In this document: one piece after another, positions 25,780 through 38,742 of the stretch
Position numbering within the stretch: the stretch's first letter is position 1
Layout of the letters: each line of letters starts with the position of its first letter
From: Malacoraja senta
Taxonomy: Eukaryota
Assembly: GCA_038087875.1 (NCBI GenBank)
Contig: CM075997.1
Location: forward strand, 5,334,001 to 5,398,000
Direction: 5' to 3'
DNA length: 64,000 bases
Translations under genes and position numbers: made by a program
Notes under the pieces: generated by a model
Told to the model about the DNA's origin: nothing
Seen by the model: only the letters and a program-made list of their open reading frames with translations
Database searches by the model: none

Positions 25780-26098
25780 GTTTCTTAAACGTTGGGATAG
25801 TCCCAGCCTCAACTACCTCAGTTTGTTCCATCCACCCACCACCCTCTGTGTGAAAAAGTTACCTCTCAGATTCCTATTAAATCTTTTCCCCTTCACATTG
25901 AACCTATGTCCTCTGGTCCTCGATTCCCCTACTCTGGGCAAGAGACTCTGTGCGTCTACCCGATCTATTCCTCTCAAGATTTTGTACACAAAATCTACTC
26001 ATTAGTAGAAATGATCGTCGCTACGGGACCACTTTTATAGTACTTTACTTTTGACAGTCAAGCTTAATCACAGCTTTCCATTAGCAGCAGAACGATAA
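25780..26098 (+). repeat. Dispersed duplication of 53586-53904
   Basis: Near-identical across a CR1 truncation junction and ~110 bp of flanking non-CR1 sequence. Confidence 0.88.
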
Positions 26099-26469
26099 CT
26101 TACAGGTGCTGTCTGTACGGAGATTGTACGTTCTCCAAGTGACCTGCGTGGGTTTTCTCCGAGATCTTCGGGTGCTTCGGTTTCCTCCCACACTCCAAAG
26201 ACGTACAGGTTTATAGGTTAATTGGCTTGATATAAATGTAAATTGTCCCTAATGTGTGTAGGACAGTGTTAATGTGTGGGGATTGCTGGTTCCCACGTGG
26301 TCACGGCGAGAACGTGCAAACTCCGTACAGCCAGCACCCATAGTCAGGATCAATCCTGGGTCTCTAGCTCTGTGAGACAGCAACTCTACCGCTGCACCAC
26401 CATGCCGCCTCTCAGGAACCGGACTGTTCCTGAGTCTGGTGGTGGGCGCTGGCAGGCTTCGGCCTAGTG

Positions 26470-26669
26470 NNNNNNNNNNNNNNNNNNNNNNNNNNNNNNN
26501 NNNNNNNNNNNNNNNNNNNNNNNNNNNNNNNNNNNNNNNNNNNNNNNNNNNNNNNNNNNNNNNNNNNNNNNNNNNNNNNNNNNNNNNNNNNNNNNNNNNN
26601 NNNNNNNNNNNNNNNNNNNNNNNNNNNNNNNNNNNNNNNNNNNNNNNNNNNNNNNNNNNNNNNNNNNNN
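26470..26669. other. Assembly gap (200 N)
   Basis: Run of N. Confidence 1.
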
Positions 26670-26769
26670 ATTCACCAGCTTGGTTTGTCAAAGGTAATGT
26701 CCTGTGAAGGGTCTCTCACAGGTTGAATCACAGATTCACAGTTAGAAATTGTCACAGTGACATGAACTG

Positions 26770-27077
26770 CTTAGTTTAGTTTAGCGATACAGCGTGGAAA
26801 CAGGCCTTCGGCCCGCCGAGTCTATGCTGACCAGCTTCGCACTGGTTCGAAGTTATCCCACTTTTTCTCATCCACTCCCTTCACATACTAGGGACAATTT
26901 ACCTACAAACCAGCACGTCTTTGGGTCGTGGGAGGAAACCGGAGCACCCGGAGGAAACCCATGCGGTCACAGGGAGAACATGCAAACTCTGCATAGACAG
27001 CACCCGAGGTCATATTCGAACACCGGTCTCTGGTGTGTGAGGCACAGGCTAGATCTACCTGCTGTGCCACTGTGCAA
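26770..27077 (-). mobile_element. tRNA-derived SINE (HE1/V-SINE-like)
   Basis: Same consensus, more diverged. Confidence 0.75.
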
Positions 27078-27217
27078 AGCAAGCTGTTGGAAGCCATAGT
27101 GTATCTCTGGGTGTGACTGTGGATGAGTTCACCAGAGGTTTGCAAAACCCCAGCCAAGAAACTGCAGGCAAACTCTGTTATTTGAAACCACATTTGATTT
27201 TCCATTGAAGTTGATTT

Positions 27218-27700
27218 GCTGCAAAGAATTGTGGACGCAGCCCAGACCATCACACAAACCAACCTCCCTTCCATTGACTCCATCTACACCTCACGCTGCC
27301 TCGGCAAGGCCAGCAGCATCATCAAGGACCAGTCGCACACCGGCCACTCCCTCTTCTCCCCTCTCCCATCGGGCAGAAGGTACAGAAGTGTGAAAACGCA
27401 CACCTCCAGATTCAGGGACAGTTTCTTCCCAGCTGTTATCAGGCATCTGCACCATCCTATCACCAACTAGAAGCAGTCCTGATCTCCGATCTACCTCATT
27501 AGAGATCCTCGGAGACCCTGTCTTTAATCAGACTTTACTGGACTTATTCCCTTTACCCTGTATCTCTACACTGATTGTAATCATACATAGTCTTTCTGCT
27601 GACTGGATAGCAGGCGATAAAAAGCTTTACACTGTACCTCGGTACACATGACAATAAAATAAACTAAACTAAACCAAACTAAACGAAACTGAACTAAATG
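27218..27700 (+). mobile_element. Rex1/Babar-type LINE 3' fragment
   Basis: LQRIVDAAQTITQTNLPSIDSIYTSRC...PSGRRYRS. Confidence 0.82.
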
Positions 27701-28215
27701 AACCAACTGGAGTGACTCAGCGGGACAGGCAGCATCTCTGGAGAGAAGGAGTAGGTGACGTTTTGAGTCGAGACCCTTCTTCAGACTCAAGCCTTCTCTC
27801 ATTCCTTCTTTCATGAGATGCTGCCTGACCCGCTGAGTTACTCCAGCATTTTGTGTCTATCTTTGGTGTAAACAAGCATCTGCAGTTCCTTCCTCAACTA
27901 AAACTAAACTAAACTAAACTAAACTAAACTAAACTAACCGTGCGACTATGTATTCCAATGTCTAGGCTGAGTCTTTTTCTTTGGACATTCTGTTTGGCTG
28001 AGAGGTTAATGTATTTGGTAAGGTTCCTTTATATATTCATTTAAAATGGGATAACATCTCTGTTCCAAAAGTACAGAAAGTAATCCAATGTGACCGAATT
28101 AGCCAGCGTACAACAAACACGGCCGTCTTACGATGCAAATTATGTTGCTTCCATTAATCTCTCTCTCTGCTCTGAACTACATCGACTATTATTATTCTTG
28201 CACTATTGTTTGTAT

Positions 28216-28981
<766 letters not shown>

Positions 28982-29142
28982 GGAATTGCAGAAGCTCAGC
29001 AGAACAGGCAGCATCTCTCAGTCTGAAGAAGCGTCTCGACCCGAAACGTCACCCATTCCTTCTCTCCAGAGATGCTGCCTGACCCGCTGAGTTACTCCAG
29101 CATTTTGTGTCTATATACAGTATATATATATATATATATATG

Positions 29143-29197
<55 letters not shown>

Positions 29198-29201
29198 TGT
29201 G

Positions 29202-29242
<41 letters not shown>

Positions 29243-29461
29243 GTGTGTGTGTGAGTGTGTGTGTAGATATATATATGTGTGTATATATGTGTGTGAGTGT
29301 GTGTACATGTGACTATGTGTATATACACATACACTAAGCTGTTTTTCTCGTGTATTATACTGTTTACCGTGTACTATGTTTACATATTCTGTTGTGCTGC
29401 TGCCAGTAAGAATGTCATTGTTCTATCTGGGACATGTGACAATAAACCACTCTTGACTCTT

Positions 29462-29472
29462 GTCCCTGCAGC
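29462..29472 (+). promoter_or_regulatory. Splice acceptor of the gremlin coding exon (intron ends between c.-2 and c.-1)
   Basis: gtccctgcAG|C-ATG; matches the recalled intron position just before the start codon in vertebrate gremlin genes. Confidence 0.75.
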
Positions 29473-29946
29473 ATGTTGTACAGCGTGCTGGGATTATTCA
29501 TCATCTCGGGCCTGCTGTGCGGTGAGGAGACTGCCCATGGTGGTGGGTCCCGCGGTGCCGTGCCGCCCCCAGGCAAGGGCTGGTCGGGGAGGAAGAAGGA
29601 GAAGGAGGAGGTGCTGGACTCCAACCAGGCGGCGCTGATCGTGATGGATCGCCGCTACGTGCGCAGGGACTGGTGCAAGTCGCACCCGCTCATCCAGACA
29701 CTGAAGGAGGAAGGGTGCACGGGCCGTACCGTCATCAACCGCTTCTGCTACGGCCAGTGCAACTCCTTCTACATCCCCAGCCATGAGTACGGCGGCCACC
29801 CCTTCCGCTCCTGCTCCTTCTGCAAGCCCAAACGGTTCAACACCGTCACCGTCACCTTCAACTGCCCCGGACTCCACCCTCCCTCCAAGCGGAGGCGGAT
29901 TCAACTGGTGAAGGAGTGTCGCTGTATCTCCATAGACCTGGAGTAG
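29473..29946 (+). CDS. GREM1-like: Gremlin-family (DAN family) secreted BMP antagonist, 157 aa, single coding exon; gremlin-1-like, possibly the GREM3 paralog
   Basis: Intact ORF with a hydrophobic signal-like N-terminus (MLYSVLGLFIISGLLCG) and gremlin motifs EEVLDSNQAAL, RDWCK, NRFCYGQCNSFYIP, SCSFCKP, CRCISIDLE. It has 9 Cys in the DAN domain and GC3-rich codons. An acceptor ccctgcAG (AG at 29470-29471) lies 1 nt before the ATG. Family is secure; paralog identity is not. Confidence 0.96.
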   Translation: MLYSVLGLFIISGLLCGEETAHGGGSRGAVPPPGKGWSGRKKEKEEVLDSNQAALIVMDRRYVRRDWCKSHPLIQTLKEEGCTGRTVINRFCYGQCNSFYIPSHEYGGHPFRSCSFCKPKRFNTVTVTFNCPGLHPPSKRRRIQLVKECRCISIDLE

Positions 29947-30504
29947 GGAGGGGTGGCAGGGGCCGCTGTCTGCTGAAGCTGCTGTCTGCTTCCACAGTAG
30001 CACTTTAGAAACCCGGGGGGGCATTGCAGGAGAACTCCGCCATGCATCCACATGACACCCTCTGTGGGGTGAACCCAAAAGCCTTTCGTGCAGTTGGCAA
30101 CTAAGTCGTTAAATTATGTAAACTGTTCAGTCAGTCAAAAAAGAGCCTAGAATATCAGGAGGTTTGGCTTAATCGACCGTGATGAAGTGGCTATCTGTTG
30201 GTCAGAAAGGGGGTCATCCAGATGGGTATCTATGTTCATAAAATCACCTTCCTTTAGAATCGAGCTGCCTGCCAAAGTGGTTTCTGAGCACACATCGAGC
30301 CCGCTTGTGAGGAGATGTAGATCAGATCCCGTGTGTACACAAACTCTGTCGAACTACCTACCGAAGATCAGAGCGCTCTATGATCCTTGCTACCTACCGC
30401 CTTCCTTCATTGGGATTTTGCTTTTTAATCTTGCAAATGTGCCATTGTGTAATGTTCTTTGGGGGGCTGGGGTTTTTGTGCTATCATTTGAAAGCAAAAT
30501 AACT

Positions 30505-30510
30505 AATAAA
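30505..30510 (+). terminator. Candidate proximal polyadenylation signal of the gremlin 3' UTR
   Basis: AATAAA about 560 nt after the stop, in non-repetitive sequence; another AATAAA near 30572. Confidence 0.35.
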
Positions 30511-31316
30511 TGCAAATTGTTACTTGGTGAATGAGGGTGTTTTCTCAATAACGACGGGGTCTTTGGATTACAATAAACCCAAGTTGTTCGGCTGGTAATT
30601 CCGGCAATAAGCGAGTTCGGTATTTCAACTGCGCATGCCCAGGTCATAGGTCACTCGAGACAAACATTCTCGGCAGCTGAGCTGCTGTGTGTGCACAGAC
30701 CTGCGTTTCATCCGTAGTCAGGATCGAACCCGGGTCTCCGGTGCTGCAAGCGCTGTTGAATCGCTACTGGACCGTCCCCGTCCCCTTCCAAGTGTCCCAT
30801 CCCTGTCTGGAGGCTGCTGGAGATGCCCGGGGTGACCCTGGACTGACGGGACACCGGCCCGGAGCAGTGGCGGCCCCAGCCTTACAGCGGTATCTCTAAG
30901 CTAAACTAAGTTATGAGAGGCATAGTTAGTGTGGAGTCGGTGATAGAACATTTTTTCCCAGTGTGGAACTGGCGAAGACCAGAGGGCATGGATGCGAGGT
31001 CAGAGGGGAAATGTTGAAGTTTAGGGTAGAGCCACATGAGGCTTCTCGATCCTGCTGGGACTTTGGCCGTTCCCAGTTACTCCACTCATTCTCTGCAACG
31101 TCCCAGCCAACTTTGGATCAGCTTCATATTATCGTCCAAGACACAGAACAAAACCACTCCACGCAGGCTCCAGTGAAGAGCGTGAACGTTTAACTTGGAG
31201 AACCGGTCCAGGATGATGCATTTTGAAGTCAGAAACACTAGAGAGGAAAGGGTGACATCGAAGGTCATAGTCGTTGGACGTAAGAGTTTCTTAACACTTA
31301 CTATCAATCGCCAACA

Positions 31317-31620
31317 GTTTAGTTTAGTTTAGAGATACAGCGTGGAAACAGGCCCTTCGGCCCACCGAGTCTGCACCGGCCAGCGATCCCCTAGACACAC
31401 TAGGGACAATTTACACATACACCAAGCCAATTAACCTACAAATACGCACGTCTTTGAAGTGTGGGAGGATACTGAAGATCTCGGATAAAACCCATACGGG
31501 TCATGGTGAGAACGTGCAAACTCCGTACAGACAGCACCCGTAGTCGGGATCGAACCCGGGTCTCCGGCGCTGCAGGCGCTGTAAGGCAGCAACTCTACCG
31601 CTGCGCCACCGTGCCGCCCT
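31317..31620 (-). mobile_element. tRNA-derived SINE (HE1/V-SINE-like)
   Basis: Same consensus. Confidence 0.85.
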
Positions 31621-32528
31621 GTTGATGATGATTATAATTTTGTGCATATGTCAAGTTATGAGCAGACACAAATAGTTGGAGTAACTCAGCGGGTCACACA
31701 GCATTTCTAGAGAAAAGGAATCGGTGACGATTCGGGTCGATTTTTCAGAATTATAAGCTAGTCATTCAGAGTTTTATTTCCCAGGATGGAAATGACAAAG
31801 ACTAGAGGGCATAGCTTTAAGGTGAGAGGGGCAACGTTTAAAGGGGATGTACGGGGCAAGTTTTTTTACATGGAGGGTGATGGGTGTTTGGAATGCACTG
31901 CCAGAGGTGGTGGTGGAGGCAGATACGATAGTGGTGTTTAAGAGGCATGTAGATAGGCACTTGGATATGCAGGAAGTGTCGGGATATGGATCATATGCAG
32001 GCAGAGGAAATTAGTTTATATTGACATCATGTGCAGATTAGTTCAGTTTATTGTCACATGTAATGAGGTACAGAGAAAAGCTTTTGTTGCGTGCTATCCA
32101 GTCAGCAGAAAGACAATACATGATTACAATCGAGCCGTTTACAGTGTATAGATACATGAGGGAATAACGTTTAGTGCAAGGTAAAGTCCAATCAAGGATG
32201 GTCACCAATGAGGTAGATAGTAGTTCAGCACTGCTCTCTGGTTGTGGAAGGATGATTCAGTTGCCTGATAACAGCTGGGAAGAAGACATTGCAGGCCGAT
32301 GGGCCTGTTCCTGTGTTGTACTGTTCTATATTCTATGTTCTTAGAAAGCTGAGATATCTTCAGTAACATGACAGTCTATGTCCAAGCCCTGAACCCTGTA
32401 AGTGACGAACAACACAGGAAACAAATTGAAGAGTATCCCTCTATGAAATGTGAAATGCAGCTGCCTGTACACTTATATTTTTAATTCACGGCAAAGAGAC
32501 TAATCGGGTTTCAGGACATTTTGTTTCT

Positions 32529-32534
32529 AATAAA
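32529..32534 (+). terminator. Candidate distal polyadenylation signal
   Basis: AATAAA in a unique AT-rich island followed by U-rich sequence. Confidence 0.3.
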
Positions 32535-32849
32535 ATGCTTCCTTCAAAGCCTTTTATTCAGTTTATTAAGAAGTTTTCATTCCATAGAAGTTTAATTCTG
32601 GCTGGTGAATGGGGACAGGATGAAATATCATGAGCAAAGCACAAAGTGCTGGAAGAACTCAGCAGGTCAGGCAGCATCTGTGGAAGGAATGGACGGGTGA
32701 TGTTTCGGGTCAGGACCCTTCTTCAGACTGATTGTCGTGTGGGGGGGGGGGGGTGGAGTGGGGGGGGGGGGAGAAAGCTAGAAAAGAGGCACGGGTGGGA
32801 CAAAGCGAGGTAAGTGATAGGTGGAGAGAGACACAAAATCCTGGAGTTA

Positions 32850-33179
32850 AAGCCCTGTCCCACGGTACGAGTTCATTCCAAGAGCTCTTCCGAGTTGAAA
32901 AAAAATCAAACTCGTGGTAAGCACGGAGAATGAACGTAGCGGGTACGTCGGAGCTCGGGGACGTCTCTTAGCGGCTCGTAACGCTATCGGCAAGTACTCG
33001 GGAAGACTCGCTAACGGCAGGTAAGCACGGGAAGACTCGTGAAGATTTTTCAACATGTTGTAAAATGTCCACGAGAGCCCCGAGTACCGACGAGCGGCCA
33101 TTACCGTAAATCGCCGAGTTTGAATCAGGGCAAACTCGGGAGAACTCGTGGAATGAATTTGCACCGTGGGACAGGGCTA
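32850..33179. mobile_element. PIF/Harbinger-type MITE
   Basis: TIR AGCCCTGTCCCACGGT / ACCGTGGGACAGGGCT; splits a Penelope terminal fragment at a TAA site. Confidence 0.8.
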
Positions 33180-34364
33180 TAACTCAGAGGGTCAGGCAGG
33201 CTCTCTGGAGAAATCAGATGGGTGACATGTCGGGTCGGGACTCTTCTGTTTACAGACTGTTTATTTCAGACTCTGAGTCTGAAGAAGGGTCCTGACCTGA
33301 AACATCACCCATCCTTTTTCACCAGCGGTGTGCTGCCTGACCCACTGAATAACTCCAGCACTTTGTGTTCAGTTTAGTTTATTGTCATGTGTACCGAAGG
33401 AAAAGCTTTTGTTGCGTGCTTACCAGTCAGCGGAGAGACAATGCATGATTACAATCGAGCCGTCCACAGTGTACAGATACATGATAAGGGAATCATGTTT
33501 AGTGCAAGGTAAAGTCAGCAAAGATAGTCTGAGGGTCACCAATGAGGTAGATAGTAGTTCATGACTGCTCTCTGGTTGTGGTAGGATGATTCAGTTGCCT
33601 GATAACAGCTGGGAAGAAACTGACCCTGAATCTGGAGGTGTGCGTTTTCACACTTCTATACCTCTTGCCCGATGGGAGAGGGGAGAAGAGAGAGTGGCCA
33701 GGGTGCGACTCGTCCTTGATTATGCTGCTGGCCTTGCCGAGGCATCGTGAGGTTTATGGTCTATCTTCGGATTAAACCAATTCCTTTCTACACAAGTGAT
33801 AGGTGGGTACAGTTGGGGGGTAGGGGTGGTAGGGGGGGAGTGGAGGGGTTGATGGGTGGTGTAAGTGACAAAGGCTGGGGATGAAAAGGAGAGAAATGGG
33901 AAATATCATGACTTGTGCACCAACACAATTTTGTGACTAAACTCCACGGGTAGTTTGAGAAGATATGTGCGTCAGATTAAAAATAATGTGATTAATCATT
34001 ATTTTCTGAGACAAGTAGTTTGTCCTCTATCATCAAGGTGAAACCTCGCGTTAGATCCTCACCCCCCTGTTTTCCCAGGGTATGACTGCCAGGGGCAGGA
34101 CCGCCCTTCTATAGACCACCCCTGAAAAGACAGATACAAGGAACCGCTGAGGCGGCAATCATGAGTAAAACGCCACGGGCGGCCCAGTGGCGCAGCGGGT
34201 GGAGCTGCTGCCTCCGAGCGCCAGAGACCCGGGTTTGAGTGAAAGGCAGCAACTCCACCACTGAGCCACTGTGTCAGGTGCTGGATAGATTATACTATAT
34301 ATTTGCAGTATAGCATAGGTTAATATGGTTAGCAATCTGGGTCCCAAAAACAGGATGGGATAGT

Positions 34365-34821
34365 TTAGGTTAGTTTAGTTTAGTTTACTGAGACAGCATA
34401 AAAACAGGCCATTCAGCCTATCAAGTCCATGCCAACCATCGATCACACCGTTCATACTAGTTCAATGTTATCCCACTTTCTCATCCACTCCCTACACACC
34501 AGGGGCAATTTACAGAGGGCCAATTAACCTACAAACCTGCAAATCTTCGGGATGCAGGAGGAAACCGGAGAACCAGGTGGAATCCCACGCGGTCACAGGG
34601 GGAACGTGCAAACTCCGTACAGGCAGCACCCGTGTCTTTGGCTCTACCAGGTGCACCCTGAGAGCATTATTGAAGTGGTCAAAGATTGGGAAATGCTGGC
34701 GTAAGAAGGGAACTTGATGTCCTTACATACCGAACATCGAAAACATTCGTAGTCAGGATCGAACCCGGGTCTCTGGGGCAGCGAGGCAGCAACTCTACCG
34801 CTGCGCCACCGTGCCGCCCCA
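34365..34821 (-). mobile_element. tRNA-derived SINE with a 114-bp foreign insert
   Basis: Consensus interrupted at 34634-34747. Confidence 0.8.
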
Positions 34822-34924
34822 TCTGAAGGCATTTTGTCAAAGTCTTACAGCATGCAGGCATGCGATGTGTCCTTGACTGAGGAGCTGTGAATGGAACTGA
34901 AGTCTACCTTCATATTTCTGTCAG

Positions 34925-35440
34925 AAGTTCACAAGTTTACAAGTTATAGGAGTAGTATTAGGCCATTCGTCCCATTGAGTCGACTCCGCCATTCAATCAT
35001 GGCTGATCTCGTTTTCCTGCCTTGTTCCCATAACCCTTGACACCCGTTCTAATCAAGAATTTGTCTATCTCTGCCTTAAAAATAACCACAGACTTGGCTT
35101 CCACAGCCCTCTGTGGCAATGAGTTCCACATATTTACTGCCCTCTGACTGAAGAAGTTCCTCCTCACCTCCTTTCTAAAAGAGCGCCCTTTATTTCTGAG
35201 GCTGTAATGTCTGGTCCTAGACGCTCCCACCAGTGGAAACATGCTTTCCACATCCACTCTATCAATGCCTTTCATTATTCTGTAATGAGGTCCCTCCTCA
35301 ACCTTCTAAACTCCAGCGAGTACAGGCCCAGTGCTGTCAAACGCTCATCATATGTTAACCCACTCATTCCTGGAATCATTCTTGTAATCCTCCTCTGGGC
35401 CCTCTCCAGAGCCAGCACATCCTTCCTCAGGTATGGGGCC
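34925..35440 (-). mobile_element. CR1 LINE 3' fragment
   Basis: FFSQRAVNMWNSLP motif. Confidence 0.82.
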
Positions 35441-35569
35441 CTCAGGTATGGGGTCCTCAGGTATGGGGTCCTCAGGTATGGGGTCCTCAGGTATGGGGTC
35501 CTCAGGTATGGGGTGCTCAGGTACGGGGTCCTCAGGTACAGGGTCCTCAGGTATGGGGTCCTCAGATAT
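35425..35569. repeat. 15-bp minisatellite x~9.5
   Basis: CCTCAGGTATGGGGT repeats at the 5' truncation of the CR1 fragment. Confidence 0.92.
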
Positions 35570-35687
35570 AGTTCTTCTCCTGCACAGCTGAGGATGTTTG
35601 GGTTTAGGACATCCTTACACCTTCATGACTGAATGTCAGGGGAAAGGGGAAACAAAAGATATGGACAATGACTTAGTCACTTTCGGT

Positions 35688-35715
35688 CTGAAGAAGGGTC
35701 TCGACCCGAAACGTC
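35688..35715 (+). ncRNA. Minimal hammerhead-ribozyme-like motif in a Penelope terminal repeat (representative of many copies)
   Basis: CTGAAGA-A-GGGT(CTCG)ACCC-GAAA-CGTC = CUGANGA core, stem II, GAAA, palindromic ACGT. Confidence 0.55.
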
Positions 35716-37094
35716 ACCCATTCCTTCTCTCCAGAAATGCTACCTGTCCCGCTGACTTACTGCAGCTATTTGCGTCTATCTTCGGTTTAAACCAGCATCT
35801 GCAATTCCTTCCTACACATTATCATCCTTTTGTTGGCTTGACCATGGCCTTGAGTGTGGGAAGAGATGAACAGTCTGTAAGGAAGAAGATAGGTGCATAT
35901 AGAGATTCAGCACGGAGGCATTGGAGAGGGTGCAGAAGCGGTTCACCAGAATTATGTCCGGATTAGAGTGCGTCATTTATAAGGTCAGACGGACTTGGAC
36001 TTTGTTTCTCTGAAACATCGGAGCCATTGTGTAAAATGATGACAGCCTGGCATAGATAGGATAGACACAAAATGCTGGAGTAACTCAGCGGCACAGGCAG
36101 CAACTCTGGGGATTGGGTGATGTTTCGAGTCGAGACCTTTCCTCAGACTGAGAGTCAGGGGAGAGGGAGACTAGAGATATGGAAGGGTGAGGTGTGAAAA
36201 TGACAGATGAAAGCAGACGAGGGTCAAGGAAATGTATCAGGATCATTGTTAGCTGAGGGGAAGGTGACAACGAGGTATACAATCAGTAAAATTAATCAGG
36301 GGGACTTGGGGAACTAGGGTGGGGGTGGGACGGAGAGAGAGAGGGAAAGCAAGGGTTACTTGAAGTTAGAGAATTCAATACTCATATCGCTACACTCAGT
36401 TCTACCTCTTGTCTGAAGAAAGGTCTCGACCCGAAATGTCACCCATTCCTTCTCTCCAGAGATGCTGCCTGTCCCGCTGAGTTATTCCAGCATTTTGTGT
36501 CTATCTCCGGTTTAAACCAGCATCTGCAGTTCCTTCCTACAACCACCTCTTGCCTGATGGGAGAGAGGAGAAGAGGGAGTGGCCGGGGTGAGTGGTCCTT
36601 GATTATGCTGCTGACCTTGCCCAGGTTGTGTGAGGTATAAACGGAGTCCAAGGGTGGTTGGTTTGTGTGATGGTTTGGGCTGCTTCCACAATTTGGGCTC
36701 CGTCAATGTATACACACTGGGGTATGCGTACTGCTTCACTTCCTGAAGTCGATCACTGCCTCCATGTCTTGCTGGCATTGAGAGAAAGGTTGTTGTCTTG
36801 ACGCAAGGTTCTCAATCTCCGTCTCGTCCCACTCTGATATCGGGCCCACTACGATGGTGTCATCTATAAGTTTGTAAATTGAGTTGGATTTGTGCTTGGC
36901 TGCACACTTCAATGAGTACTGTTCTGTGCTAAACATAGAACAGCACAGCGCAGGGACAGGCCATTCGGCCCACAATGTCTGTGCTCAACATGATGCCTGG
37001 ACCAAAATCATTTTAAACCAGTATCTAGGCTTCCTCCCAGCACATGTTGCTGAGACCAACTCTTATCTGACGACACATGATCCATATCCCATTA

Positions 37095-37445
37095 GCAGGA
37101 ATTGCAGGAAAAATGTTCCCAATGTTGGGGGAGTCCAGAACCAGGGGTCACAGTTTAAGAATAAGGGGTAGGCCATTTAGGACTGAGATGAGGAAAAACT
37201 TTTTCACCCCGAGAGTTGTGAATCTGTGGAATTCTCTGCCACAGAAGGCAGTGGAGGCCAATGCACTGGATGTTTCCAAGAGAGAGTTAGATTTAGCTCT
37301 TAGGGCGAATGGAATCAAGCGATATGGGGAGAAAGCAAAAACGGTGTACAGATTTTGGATGATCAGCCATGATCATATTGAATGGTGGTGCTGGCACGAA
37401 GGGCCGAATGGCCTACTCCTGCACCTATTTTCTATGTTTCTATCC
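37095..37445 (+). mobile_element. CR1 LINE 3' fragment
   Basis: MFPMLGESRTRGHSLRI...VVNLWNSLP. Confidence 0.82.
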
Positions 37446-37729
37446 CTTCATTCCCTGCCTATCCATGTGCCTATCCAAAAGCATTTTAAATACAACTTTC
37501 ATATCTGCCTCCACCATCGACCCTGGCAGTGCGTTCCAGGCACCCACCACCCTCTGTGTAAACAAAACTTCCCCGCACATCTCTAATCTTTGCCCCTCTC
37601 ACATTAAGCCCTCTAGTCTTTGATATTTCCATCCTGGGAAAAGAAAGTGCAGGATTGTCCCACTAACCTCATGTCTGGAGTTCAATGCTTTTGGTGAGGA
37701 TCAAGGCCCTTGCAAAGTCATCTGAGAGG

Positions 37730-38075
37730 TAATCATGAGAGGAATAGATCGGGTAGAATCTCCTGCCAGAGTAGGGGAATCGAGGACCAGAGGACACAGG
37801 TTCAAGGTGAAGGAGAAAAGATTTCATAGGAATCTGAGAGGTAACTTTTTCACACAGGTGGGTGTATGGAACGAGCTGCCAGAGGAGGTAGTTGATGCTG
37901 GGACTATCCCAGCGTTTAAGAAACAGTTAAACAGGTACATGGATGGGACAGGTTTGGAGGGATATAGACCAAACACAGGCAGGTGGCACTAGTGTAGCTG
38001 GGACATGTTGGCCGGTGGGGGCAAGTTGGGCCGAAGGGCCTTTTTCCACGCTGTATCACTCTGTGACTCTATGAC
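37730..38075 (+). mobile_element. CR1 LINE 3' fragment (second subfamily)
   Basis: RTRGHRFKV...NFFTQVGVWNELP; (ATGACTCT)n-like tail. Confidence 0.8.
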
Positions 38076-38742
38076 TACCTAAAGCCCATGTCCTCTATTC
38101 AATGCAAAACAAGCTGTGGCGGGCAGGTTACTGGTGAGGAACCGATTATATATTTGATGGCAGAGGAGATGCCTCATTTATGATATGCATTCTGATCAAA
38201 TTAAACCTATAATAATATTCACCTTTTTGATTTATTAACTTTTTTTGTTATTCTTCATATAATGCAAATCACGTACAAGGTAAAATAAACCTATATATTG
38301 TATATTTGATGTGGGTTAGCTCACAGTTTAATGCTTTTATTAAATGAAAGTGTACTGGATGCTGAAACGATACATTGGGGTGTATATACCTGTAGTTTTC
38401 TGTATATAATAAAGTTCATCGATGAAGTTCTCTGTATTATGATAAGAGAAGGGACTCGACCCGAAACGTCACCCATTCCTTTTCTCCAGAGATGCTGCCT
38501 GACACACTGAGTTACTCCAGCAGTTTTTGTCAATCTTGGGTGTAAACCAGCATCTGCAGTTCTTTCCTACACATGTATAATTTTGTTTAGTTTCAGTTTA
38601 GTTTATTGTCACGTGTACCGAGGTACAGTGAAAAGCTTTTTGTTGCGGGCTAACCAGTCAGTGGAATGATTATTCGTGATTACAATCGAGCTGTCCACAG
38701 TGTACAGATATGTGTACCTGTTAAAGGGATGACCTTCAGTGT

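Noticed and set aside
26412..26726. ORFs spanning X residues
   Set aside because: Artefacts of the 200-N gap.
29494..30078. 194-aa antisense ORF over gremlin
   Set aside because: Shadow frame of a GC3-rich CDS; no recognisable homology.
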